In this document: one piece after another, positions 49,308 to 61,369 of the stretch
Layout of the letters: every line of letters begins with the position of its first letter
How positions within the stretch are numbered: position 1 is the stretch's first letter
Source: Adineta vaga
Lineage: Eukaryota; Animalia; Rotifera
DNA length: 64,000 nucleotides
Direction: 5' to 3'
Assembly: GCA_021613535.1 (NCBI GenBank)
Contig: CP075496.1
Location: forward strand, 558,001-622,000
Translations under genes and position numbers: made by a program
The notes under the pieces: model-generated
Databases searched by the model: none
What the model was told of the DNA's origin: nothing
Seen by the model: only the letters and a program-made list of their open reading frames with translations

Positions 49308-52300
49308 TTATTTCTTTTCTTTTAAAATTTGACAATTTTTCCAATAATTTAAATAAAGTTTAATTAAATTTGAATCAATCGATGGACAATTCTTTAAAAC
49401 TTGTGAGTCTTCAACAGTTTTCTTTGTTTCAAATTTCGATGATTTTGAATTATCTTTTTTCTTATAAATTTGTTCTAAAAATGACGATAATTTAATCAAT
49501 GGGTTAGTTGTATCTGTTGTTGTTAAAATTGAATTAAGAAATTCTTCTTTCGATATAATATCAAAATCAAGTCCACTTTCTCGAAGAGAATTTAAATAAT
49601 TATCATATTTAATATTTTGTGGATTAAGAAGATGATAAACATGTTGATCTTTAGATGATTTTAATGCTAATTCAACTAATGCACTACTACAAATATCAAC
49701 AGGTATCCAATTAATATCATTTCCAATATTTGGCATTTTATGTAATTGTCCAGCACCCGCATAAATCATCATAGCAGCCATTTCCGTTGAATTCCATATT
49801 CCATTTTGTGTATCTCCACTGATTTGACCAACACGATAAATCTTAACCGGAACATCTAAATAAAATCGAATTGTTAAAGAAAAAAAAAGAAAAAAACGAT
49901 TTACTCCAAAATTTGTTTGCAGTCCAACATAAATGTTCACTGATGAATTTACTTTGTCCATAACCTTGTGGTAATGCAATTTGTACTTGTTTTGGTAAAG
50001 GTTCTTCTTGAACTGAATTAAGAAGACCTGATGATGCTGATGAAATACTTGAAATAAAATGAAATTGAATTTGATTAAACGAAGATAATTTTAGAAGATG
50101 ATAAACACCAAGAATTGAATCCATTTCAAAATCTTTAATTGTTTGATTAAAATTCATTTTCCATGCTGAATGTATTATATCAGTTAATTCATTTTTTAAT
50201 TCTTCATAAATTTCTTTTGTTTGTCCAAGATATTCTTCAGTTAAATTCATTGATGAAGATAAAATAATTAAACGTTGTTCTTCTAAAGATTTTGTAAGAA
50301 TAGAAAGATCTAATTGTCTTTGTTGAAATGATTCAAATAAACGTTCTAGAGGATTTGTTCCACGTAAAAGACAATAAACACGTTTAACAATTAGTGATGA
50401 TTGATTGAGTAGATCACGAAGAGTAAAACATCCTAATGAACCATTTGCACCTGTAAGAAGAAAAACTCGATGATTTCCTTGTTGATTTCTTTGTGTTATT
50501 GAAGATGATGAATTTGATTGAATTAATTCGATATATTTTTGAAGAATATCTTCGGTTAATTGATAATGAAAAGGATCATTATTTTCTTGAATAGAATTCG
50601 ATTCTAAATGAATTAAATCAAATAATTTTTGAGTCATTTGATCAATTGATGAATATTCATAAAGAAAATTTTTTGGAATTTGACAAAGATTTTCGGAAAT
50701 CGAATTTCTTAATTCAACAATTTGTAAAGAATTAATACCAAAATCAAAAATGGATTTTGAAGAATCAATTTCATCTTCAATAATTGATTGAAATTTATCA
50801 TGAAGATATTTTTCAATTGTTTCTTTTGTCCAATTTATTGTTTGTAAAACTTTTTTTTCTTCTTCATATTTTTTATTTAAAAATTCATCATAAATTTGTG
50901 AAATTAAATTTGAATATAATTCATTGATTTTTTGTCGTTGAACATTTCCTTTATGTGTTATAGGTAAAATTTGATCTTTTGATAAAATATGAATTAAGGA
51001 TTTAACAACACGGGAATGTGATGGTGCATCTTTATTTGCTTCTTCGACAAATTTCCAAATTTCATTACGAATTTCTTTTTCATTTTGTTCAAAAATATTT
51101 TCATAATTTAATTCAATTAATGCTGCTGTACAGAATTGATTATGTCCAATAATAACAACACGTTTAACTAATGGACAAGATTGAATTGTATTTTCAATTG
51201 GAATTGGATTAGTTTTTTCCCCAGTTATGTGAACTAATGTATCATCTTGTCGTCCTAAAACTCGATAAAAACCGGAATTTGGTGGATCTTCAAGTAAAAC
51301 ATCACCAACAATATAACAACCATCGGATGTTCTCGGAATATTTTCAGCTAAGAAAGGATCATTGGGTAAATGAATAAACATTTTTTCATTGGGATTTTGC
51401 GCATCCGAAGGTGTTTCGATTCGAATATAGGGTTTTCGACTTGATGGTAACTCCATATATTTCCATCGTTGATCATAAGGATGAAAATTATTCACAAGAA
51501 CAAGACCAGTTTCTATTCAATTCAACTATTTTATATTTATAGACGAAGGAAAGGAAATTAAATACCTGTTGAACCATAAACACTAAGTAAAACAATATTA
51601 TTTTCCACTAAAACTTTACATAAATCATCTGGACAACCAGCTCCACCATACATAACAAATTTGAGTTTTTGTAAAGGTTTTAAACCAATATGTTGATTTT
51701 TTTCTAAAAGTACTTCACGAATTAGTTGTTCAAGTAAACTTGGTACTGTAATAAGTGCAGTTATTCCATTATCGACTTGTATATTATGTAATAATTCATC
51801 AGGTTTTGGTGGAAATGTTACGCATAATGGTAATGCATAAGCACAACCTGTTAATATTGCACGAACTGTTCCGTTAAATGCTAAGAGATGAAATCTTAAT
51901 AGAAAATATTCTTTGAAATGAAAAGATAAAGAGAAAAGAAAATCTTACAAAGCAGCCCATGTAATAACAATATCATTTTCATTCCAAAAATGTTTATTAA
52001 TTGATAAATAAGATGAATAACTGATTAAAAAATATCGATTTGTTAAATAAATTGGTTTAGGATGCGATGTACTTCCAGAACTATAGAAGAAAGATTATCA
52101 TTATTGAATTCTTTTGCTTTGTATCTTACCTATGAAGAATAACAACAACTTGATTTAATTGATTAGAATTATGTTTTGATTTAAATGTTGATTGAACATC
52201 TTTTAATTTTAATAAATTTTCAATGAGAAATTCTTCTGAATCTAAAAGTAAAATTTTTAATGATTGAAGTTGAGAATTTTCTTGTTGAATTGTTTTTATC

Positions 52301-52698
52301 ATTGGTAAATAAAATGATGTTGTTATTAAAAGACATGTTTGTGTTTCTTTCAATAAATGTTCAATTGCTGATGGAGAATTTCTTGCAGAAATTGGAAACA
52401 TAATAACATTCGAAAGTTTTAATAATGAATATTGACATAATAAATATTCAATACCACCATTTGATAATAAACCACAAGTTATGGATTGATTTGATGATAA
52501 ATTTGGAAGATATGATGATATCTTTTCAGCTAAATGATTTGTTAAATTATTATATTGTTTATATGTTAATGAAGCATATTCATGATAATTCTGATCAGGA
52601 TCAGGATAAAGTATTGCTAAATTATTTGGTTTTTGTTCAGATTGATATTCAAGTGCACCGGATATCGATGAAAATGGAAGATTTTCTAAATAATCCAT
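49308..52698 (-). CDS. NRPS-like carboxylic-acid-reductase-type enzyme (adenylation-thiolation-reductase); 5 exons, 1061 aa
   Basis: Introns 52081-52129, 51895-51948, 51513-51565 and 49856-49904 give an intact frame. A domain: ILHSSGSTSHPKPI, YGSTETG, LGRQDD, TGEKTNP. T domain: FDFGINSLQ. R domain: LLTGANGSLG, IHSAW, GYGQSK, RVGQISG. Confidence 0.92.
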
Positions 52699-52924
52699 TA
52701 ATGTATTTTATCTAAAATGAAAATAGTTTTTGTATTTTTTTAATGATAAAGCACATGATTGACATTCTTTTGTCTTATCTTTATATATTGTAAATAAGAA
52801 CGAACGAAAAAGAGAAAAAAAGATATATCAAGGTATGAAGGTTAATATTCTTTATTAAAAAACAGAAAAATTTTCTTTTGAATAAATAGAACTAATCTTG
52901 AAAAGATAACAAATTGTTGTTTAA

Positions 52925-54294
52925 AACGAAGATCCTCATTTTGGCTGGACATTAATTCAAACGTATGAAGAAATTGATTATAAATTATATGTTCTTAATT
53001 TTACATCACAAAAATGGCTTGATGGTAAAGAAAAAGAAAACAATATTTTAAATCATAAAAAGAAATCTTTTTTTAAAGAAACCTATTCATCACGATCCAT
53101 TTGGTGCCATTATTTATGTATAACAGTACCATAGAAATTAACTCGACCATATAAAGCATTTTTGCTCATTGATCAAGGAAGTAATAATGATCGGTATGTT
53201 AAAAGAATTTACTTTTCTTTTGATTTTCTTTGTCTTTAAAAGTATTCCTCAACCTCAAGATGATTTTGTTGCATTAACAGCAATGGTTGCTGTTGGAATC
53301 GGAAGTGTTACAGCTGATCTTCAAGATATTCCAAATGGACCAATTCGTTTTATGGTTTGTTTTCTAATTTCAATCGAAATATTTATTCTTTTTGAAATAA
53401 ATAGGATGATCCAACAAAGCTTGATTAACAGCTGCAGTTGATACTGAATGACTTGTTGCTGCGATATCAATTGTTATGAATATATTAAATTTTCGAACAG
53501 TAAAAAATTCTTTCAACTTTCTTTGAAGGAAAAACTATTTCTTATTTGATCTTTTAGAATTTACATCATATTTATCGAGTAAATTAAAGAAACAATAATT
53601 TTAGTCACTAGTTGGTTGGACATTTGCATGTCAAAATTATTATAAATTAAATATAACTCAATATGTTGATAATGATAATATGAAAAAATGATCAGCAACT
53701 ATTGATCCATTAAGTAAGATTTTATTGAGAATATTTATATCAAATATCATTTGTAATAACAAAGATTATATTAATCGATTTTCCAAAACAAAAATTTGAG
53801 TGTGTATGATGAACGACCATTATCTAAACTTCAATCGATTAAATCTTCGAATAATACTCATGGTTATATTCGTGCAACTGTTGATTTTAGTATTGGACCA
53901 GAACCAATAAGTGCAATTGTTTATCGTGCTCGTACTCTTGATGATAAACGACGTGATTTTCGTCTTCTTATTGGAAACCCAAATGATCCAAAAAAAGCCA
54001 TGGCTAATCCTGTTTTTTGGTTTTCAACAAATCTTGTTACTGAAGTAAATATTTAATTAATAAGATTTCTTTGTTTTAAAAAGAAAGAATATTTTAAGGA
54101 AGAAACAAAATCAACAATTATTTGTTCGTTAACAATTGAAAATCCAACAAGTGGTTGGGAAGGTTTTCTTATTCAAGCTAATTTCCTGGTCCAGATGGAT
54201 CTGTTTTAGAATTAACAACAGAAACACAAATCATTCTGATATTTATCCAATTGACGATTGTCATGATGAACAATGTTTAGGTACACTTGTTTAA
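52925..54294 (+). pseudogene. PqaA/AprA-like (PhoPQ-activated pathogenicity-related) hydrolase pseudogene
   Basis: LNFTSQKWLD, IWCHYLCITVP*, LQDIPNGPI, NLHHIYR, GWTFA, IDPL, RRDFRL, LTTE...CLGTLV*. Several in-frame stops and frameshifts; the GxSKRGW catalytic segment is deleted; introns retained. Confidence 0.78.
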
Positions 54295-55259
54295 GTTTTT
54301 ATTTAAAGAAAAAATGAGAATGATTCATTGTATTCCAGAGAGAATTGATTCAATTACTATGATGAAATGTGTATTTAGATAGTTATAAATGGTATCTTAA
54401 GTTCATTATTCAGTCGAAAGCAAAAATAGATGGAAATAGCATCCACGTCGACCAATTCAAGATATAAAAAGATAATATTCGAGAATTATATTTTCAGATA
54501 ATAAGTAAAGGAATATTGTTTTTTCTCTCTTTATATATTCAATGATCTAGAATCTCTTTCTTTAATAATTTCAGATACTGATCATAATCATAAATGTAAG
54601 TGAACATGCTGTATTTATATTAGAATCGATTAGCTTTTCTAATTCATAATATTCCATTATAAATGTTCATCTTAGACAAAGTAAGTTTATCGATAGAGAT
54701 AATATGACACATCATTGCAGCATTCTTTATGCTTTAAATAAATCAAGATGTAGCGGACATATTTTAATGAATTTAATGAAAGAAAACAAATGTAAGTTTA
54801 TTTTTCGTTTTCGACTATACTGATTATCGAACAAAATGATTAATCTTATAAGTTAAATAATTACAGCTATTTGAATTGAATTGAAATAATCGCCTACGGT
54901 ATAACACTTTCATTCATTTTTCCGTCGCATTCTCATATAGCAAGAGTCTGAGAAAATGAGTTTTTCTTCCTTGTAAAATTATGTTCATAAATATAAATTT
55001 CACTATAATGATAGTTGATAAATACTATTCGAAGTTACTATAGTTTGATGAAAGAGATTTTTTGTCAACTTATTTTATATACATATACGAACACATGAAA
55101 TGACAATAACCAAATAGACAAAAAAAAGTTCACAAATACATCAATATTGTCATAAAGAATGATATAGAAATACAAATGTTCTTTTTATTTGTACAAAAAA
55201 AAAGAGATTTATTCATCTTTTTATGCTGTCTTGATAAATTAATAGATTTATCATGATAA

Positions 55260-56720
55260 TCAATTAATTGAAGCCATATCTATTTTGCGACCAACACTAT
55301 TTGTTTGTTTCATTCTTTTGATTGACTTTTTTCGATTTTGATTTTGTCTATATAATACAAAAGAAAATTATTTCATATATTTTGTTTTTTCCCTACTCAC
55401 TTTCTAGTTTTTAATTCACGTTTATGTTCATTTATTATTTGTATAAATTCATTCTTCTTTTGCTCCTTTTCAGAGATTAGTTTTCTCATATCACCATCCA
55501 TTTTTTGCAGCTGTTTATTGATCTGTTTTAGCTGTTGAACTGTTTTTTTAATTTTTGTTTCATATTGGCCTATCTGATTATCAAATTTTTTCATCACAAT
55601 AGAATTTTCTTCTTCTAAATTCTTCATAAAGTTATCTTCAGAATCATAATCGTCGACTAATTCATCATTGATAAATTTATCATTATCTGATACCAATGCA
55701 ATATTTTCTTTTTGATCATCACCTGTTGATTGCTTATTATCAACAATTGCTGGTGAATCATTGTCTAATGATGATGATAAAATTTCAATGAATTGATCGC
55801 ACTGAAAAAAATTTCCGTTGAATGATAAACCCTCAAAAAGACTTTATAACTGAAAAATTAGTTTATCAGCGTGATCTACCCTTTTTTCTTGAAAAATCCA
55901 AAAAAGATTTATTATCCATTGGAAACTGATAAAACTAAGGATTGATTCCCTCTTGATAAATCCTTTTTGTATTGATCAATTCAATCAATCCTCAGACACA
56001 GAGTTTATCATCGCCTTTGAGAGAACGTTCATTTTAGGTTTGATTTAATTGATTAATGGAAAAAGGACTTATCAAGAGAGAATCAATCCTTTGTTTTATC
56101 AGTTCGCAATAGATAATAAATCTTTTTTGGGTTTTTTAAGAAAAAAGGGTTCATCAAAGGGTAGATCACGCAGATAAACTAATTTTTCAGTGCAGCTCTT
56201 ACCGATAAACTGTTAGTTCCAACTGGATTGATTGTTGGTGATAAAACATTGAATAATTGAGCAAGTTTTACTGGTGACTGATCTGTAGTAATTGGACCAG
56301 TTGAGGGTGACGAATTTTCAATGATTTTAATACTGAAACAAAAGTATTATGCATCAATTGCTGTATTAATAATGAAAACTGACTTTGTTAAACGATCACT
56401 TAATGATTCATCATTGTTTGTTTGTTTAACACGTTTCTTTGGTAAATCTAGTGGTATTTCTAAAAAAATAAAGATTATCATTTTTACGGAAAAAAAGCTC
56501 TATAATATTTTCAATTCTTGCCTCCTTTCTCGAAGTAGATTGTAATGTTATGATAAGTGGCGGTGCATTCGAATTAGTAGTAACAGCCGGATGTTTCAGG
56601 TGTTCTTTCGTTAGATGATTCAATGATTTTCGTAGACGTTTATTTACTGGTGGCTTCGTACCATCTATGATAATATTGTTCCATTGTTTGTCGAGTTTTT
56701 TTAAGATGATTTCTTTCATC
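55260..56720 (-). CDS. Multi-exon uncharacterised protein (low complexity + coiled coil) carrying a MITE; intactness uncertain
   Basis: Exons ~56460-56384, ~56332-56203, 55801-55402 and ~55347-55260 splice in frame. The junction with the upstream exon (~56720-56500) could not be resolved cleanly. Confidence 0.5.
55800..56192. mobile_element. Foldback MITE with CACTG...CAGTG termini and ~140-bp internal inverted arms
   Basis: Arms ~55849-55992 and ~56036-56192 are reverse complements (actgaaaaattagtttatc.gcgtgatctaccc...). An extra 49-bp CACTGAAAAAA-capped extension is at the left. Flanks are CG / CA (2-bp TSD with one mismatch). Confidence 0.88.
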
Positions 56721-57944
56721 TGAAAAAAAGTAATGATAAAGAATAATGAACAGACAATTACATATATGTATATATATATACACATATCCTCTTTACGAGC
56801 GACGAGCGTTCTTATTTCATAATTTTTATCTTTTTGGTTTTATTTTTATCCGTCTATTGTCCAGTTATACCAAGGTAGATTGGTCAGTCAGTACGAAATG
56901 AATAGGAAAAAACAACGAAAGATGTCACTATAGCAGCACTGATTATAACGCAAGAACGTACGATGCCAATCAATTATATCGAACTGATGAAAATGTTAAA
57001 CATATCTCACATAAATTATAAAATAATTTATCTAGAATTCTTAGTTTATAATAAACCAACTACTTTTTTATTTTTCTCATAATTGACAAACCAAAACGTC
57101 AATTAAAATAAAAACTAAAGGTCTCAATTTTTCAATTAGAAAATATATGATTTTCTTTTCGAAAATCTAAATTTTGCATAGGTTTGCAATGAGAGTATTA
57201 GAAATATCTCGTGTATTTTGTTATATGACATGCATGATATTTTGTGTTTTCTGATTCGGAATAATCGAAGATTACATGATGCATAATGTATATTGACGTA
57301 TTTAAAATGAATTGATTACATTTCAATGATGATTTCCATCATTATCTGTGTATGTATAGTGACAATCTTGAGGGTGAGGGTAAAGAATATTCCCTCATTT
57401 ACACCCATTATCAACTGCATGCTTTGGAAAAAGAATTTAGTTGATAAGTTCAATGATGAAATTTCAATGCATGTATATTTCACTTATCTCTTGTTAAGGT
57501 TATTGAACCGATGTTTAAGCTAATCGATCCAATGCAATGGAGCAAAAACCACATCTGAATTAATTTTAATAGTGTCAACAAAACATGTTTGTTCACATCA
57601 TTATAAGGGACCATCAGGTTTCCATTTAAATATGATTCGATCTGCACTACAAAATATTTTCTTTTGTAAAAAAAACACAGGATGATTGCTGTTTGTTTGA
57701 TCGCTAATGCAAACAGTCAACATGCCTATATGTAAACATAAGAAAACGTTGTTTTTTTTCAAAGTATTATTAAATAATAAATACATTTATTCAATCGAAT
57801 TTCTTTTCGATGAATTTTATTTATTCAGAATATTTTTAGAATAATCTGAATTGAAACCTAAATATTTGATTAAAATAAAGAAAAAGAACTTAAATTTCTT
57901 TAATGGGCAATGATGATAATTGAAAAATTGTTGATGATATAACA

Positions 57945-58600
57945 CGTCTTTTCTTGTATTTTCGAATAGAATTTGTGATAAATTTAACAATTGGTGGTAC
58001 AGTTAATTTTAAAACTGTGATACTAAACCACCAATGATTCCAAGAATTGTTGTTATTATATAAATAATATTATTTTTCATTATTAAACTATACGAACATA
58101 TTGATGATTGACATTCATTATAATAATATTCATAGATAATTGTTGTATTCCACTCTTCAACCACCAATTCATTAACAAGTTCTGCAAATATTGAATCAAT
58201 TGAAAATCGATTTCAATACGATTTATCAATAGCTGTAACATTAATTGTTACATTTGGTACTAAAACTAATAATAAATGATCTAAGAATTTTTTATTATAA
58301 TATGGTATTAAACTTGATTGAAGTAATGCAGGAATCGTTTGACATGCATAATAAATTCCAGATATAGAATAATAAGATTCAGAATTAAGAGTATCATAAA
58401 TTCAATTTTCTATTTTACATTTATCCGATAAAGCACAAGCACAATCATCAGAATTCATTTGTAGTAGAAAGAATAAATTGAGATAAAAAAAGATTCAACT
58501 TGTTTTATGAAAATATTTGATGACACAACTTTTGAAGTTATAAATTCATTTGCTAATAATTTATTCAATCGACTGATTAGCTAATTGACAAAATGTACGT
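57945..58600 (-). pseudogene. C-terminal remnant of a large membrane-protein family (CxPxxCxY...ITTILGIIGGL...P)
   Basis: CACALSDKC, PGIYYAC...ALLQSSL, ELVNELVVEEW..YEYYYNEC..ICSY...YIITTILGIIGGL..VLKLTVPPIVKFI, with stops and frameshifts. I recall this family as expanded in bdelloids. Confidence 0.6.
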
Positions 58601-60399
58601 ATTGCTTGTAAAAAAATAAGCCCCTCCGAATCGTGAGTCAAGTTCGTTTCTTATATATGCATATCAACGAAATAATCGAACATAATGCATATCCAATAAT
58701 TATCGATAACATTACTTTGACATATTTCATGAAATCGATATTTAATATTGTTGGTTCATTGTCGATCTGTTGATGGAGGATTTGATGGGAATGAATTGAA
58801 ATTTTGACAAAAATCTTTGAATTTTTTCCATAGCAGGAAGATACATATTGAGAGATTCTATTCACTAAAAGTACAAGTGATGTTAATTACAAGACTCATC
58901 GAACTCTTTCTCGTCAAAATGGTTACATGAATTTTGATAGAGAATTAGGTTCAAAACTTTCAGTTCAACAGAAGTTAAATTAAATTTTATTCATTATTGT
59001 TTATTAACTTCATAGTACCGTGTAATATGTCACAATGCTGAGACGTATGAATATCACGAGAATCGACTTTTCTAAGCAATATAATTCTAGTGATCTATTT
59101 ATTCGTGTTATACAATGTATATATCAATAAAAATATTGTTTTCAATAAATCTTATCTACAAAAATGCCTGAAATCTTCAAAGTCGTTCAGTCTTTTAATT
59201 ACAATAAGAAATGAGTAATAGAACAATTTCCAACTTGATATTTCATGAGTGAATCACCGTGATAATATATGAGTGAAGATCGTTCGACAGTTGCTAATTT
59301 CTTGTGTGGTTTTATAATTAAAAAGGCTTATCGAAAAGTATAAACGGAAATGTGAATGAATAACTACATAAAATATGTAAGACGCTTTTTTTGAAAACAC
59401 ATATAGTTTGATGATTTAAGAAATAGTAATTCTAGTATAGTGAATGCATTATGGATGGAAAGATTATATTTTTGTATAGAAAATAAGAATTTTCTTTCTT
59501 TTATACAAATCAGTCCAAAAATACAAATAATTTATGTATTTTTTCTCATAAATTAGTAATTAAAAAGTTGTTTTTGAAAAAAGAAAAGAAAATGCCTAGA
59601 TTTATCAAAGGGCTATACCATCTGTTCAGACTTAAGATATGATACAATAATTCTTAAAAAGGTACACTAGTATTCAAAATGAAATGCGTTGATGAGATAA
59701 ACAATTTTTTTTCCTGAATAACAATCACCGAAAATGAGAAATTGGTTTATTTTGAGAATAGTATTCTAATTCTAGATTTTATTTACATTGATCTATTCAA
59801 AACAATAAAAAATATTTACTTAAAGTAAATCTTCTCTCTTTTTGTACTAATATGCCATTGAATTTTCACACAATTGTATCTCTATGCTTTCTTCTAACAG
59901 ATTTCAAATAGTTCTAGTTAAGATTAGGGGAAAAGCATTTACATTTCATTTTATCCTATCTTTAATTCAGTAGCATTGATATTTTAACCAAACATGATTT
60001 TAGTTTTGTGCGAAAACAGAGTACAGATGGTAGTCGTCTTCTGTCATTAACTGAAAACTAATGTAAATTCCATATCTATGAACAACTATAATATAAGATT
60101 ATTTTCATTTTCAACTCAAACCATAAACAGATGGTTAAATCAAAATTTCTTTGCATCTAGACAAAAAGAGTAGATGTATTCTATATAACGTATATGACTT
60201 TTTCTAAATAATCCTGACTATGCATTTATGAATTAATAGGGATCAAAGAAAAAAATGAGAAGTTAAACTAATGTAAATAAATTGCTTCGAGATTGTTAAT
60301 GAACAATCATCTTTATATCATTCTACGCTATTTGATCATATACCTATTGGGAATAGAAAAGGCTATTACTCGTTAAAACATCTTGATATTTTTCGATCG

Positions 60400-61335
60400 A
60401 ATCAAGACAATAAACATGTTTATTTTTTTTGGTAACTTCAAAGCTAATTCTACTGATGTTTTACCACAAGTATCCACGGGTATCCAATTAATATCATTTC
60501 CAATATTTGGCATTTTATGTAATTGTCCAGCATCAGCATAAATCATCATAGCAACCATTTCCGTTGAATTTCATATTCCATTTAGTGTATCTCTACTGAT
60601 TTGACCATCACGATAAGTATTAACCTGAACATTTAAAGAAATAAGTCATTACAAAGTATAGCAAAGAAAATAATTTACTCCAAAATTGATGTGCTACACC
60701 CAACATAGATGTTCACTGATGAATTTACTTTGTCCATAACCCTGTGGTAATGCAATTTGTATTTGTTTGTGTAACGGTTCTTCTTTAATAATAGAATAAA
60801 GACCTGATGATGCTGATGAAATACTTGAAATAAAATGAAATTGAATTTGATTATATGATGATAATTTTAAAAGATGATAAACACCAAGAATTGAATCCAA
60901 TTCAAGATCTTTAATTGTTTGATTAAAATTCATTTTCCATGCTGAATGTATTATATCAGTTAGATTTTCTTTTAATTTCTCATAAACTTCGTTTGTTTGT
61001 CCAAGATATTCTTCACTTAAATTCATTGGTGATGATAAAATAATTAAACGTTCATCAGTTAAAAGAGAACAATCTAATTGTCTTTGTTGAAATGCTTCCA
61101 ATAAACGTTCTTGAGGATTTGTTCCACGTAAAAGACAATAAATACGTTTAACAATTGATGATGATTGACAAAGTAGATCACGAAGAGTAAAAGATCCTAA
61201 TGAACCATTTGCACCTGTAAGAAGAAAAGTTCGTTCTTTTTTGCCAATTTTCTTTTGAGATAAAGGATTTGATCTAATTAGATTTTTTCTAGAATTTGTT
61301 CAGTTAATTGATAATGATATGGATTATTATTATTA
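60400..61335 (-). pseudogene. Truncated, decayed second copy of the NRPS-like reductase domain
   Basis: Colinear with ~49630-50590 (TFLLTGANGSLG, IHSAWKMNFN, GYGQSK) and keeps the last intron. Stops at ~60694 and ~60571; GQISG changed to GQISR; A and T domains absent. Confidence 0.88.
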
Positions 61336-61369
61336 ATTTCATTCACATTTGAACCTGATTGGTATTATC

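Noticed and set aside
52925-54294. In-frame TGA codons as selenocysteine, given the SCLY-like gene in the window
   Set aside because: The same gene also has a TAG, frameshifts and deletions, so plain pseudogenisation explains them.
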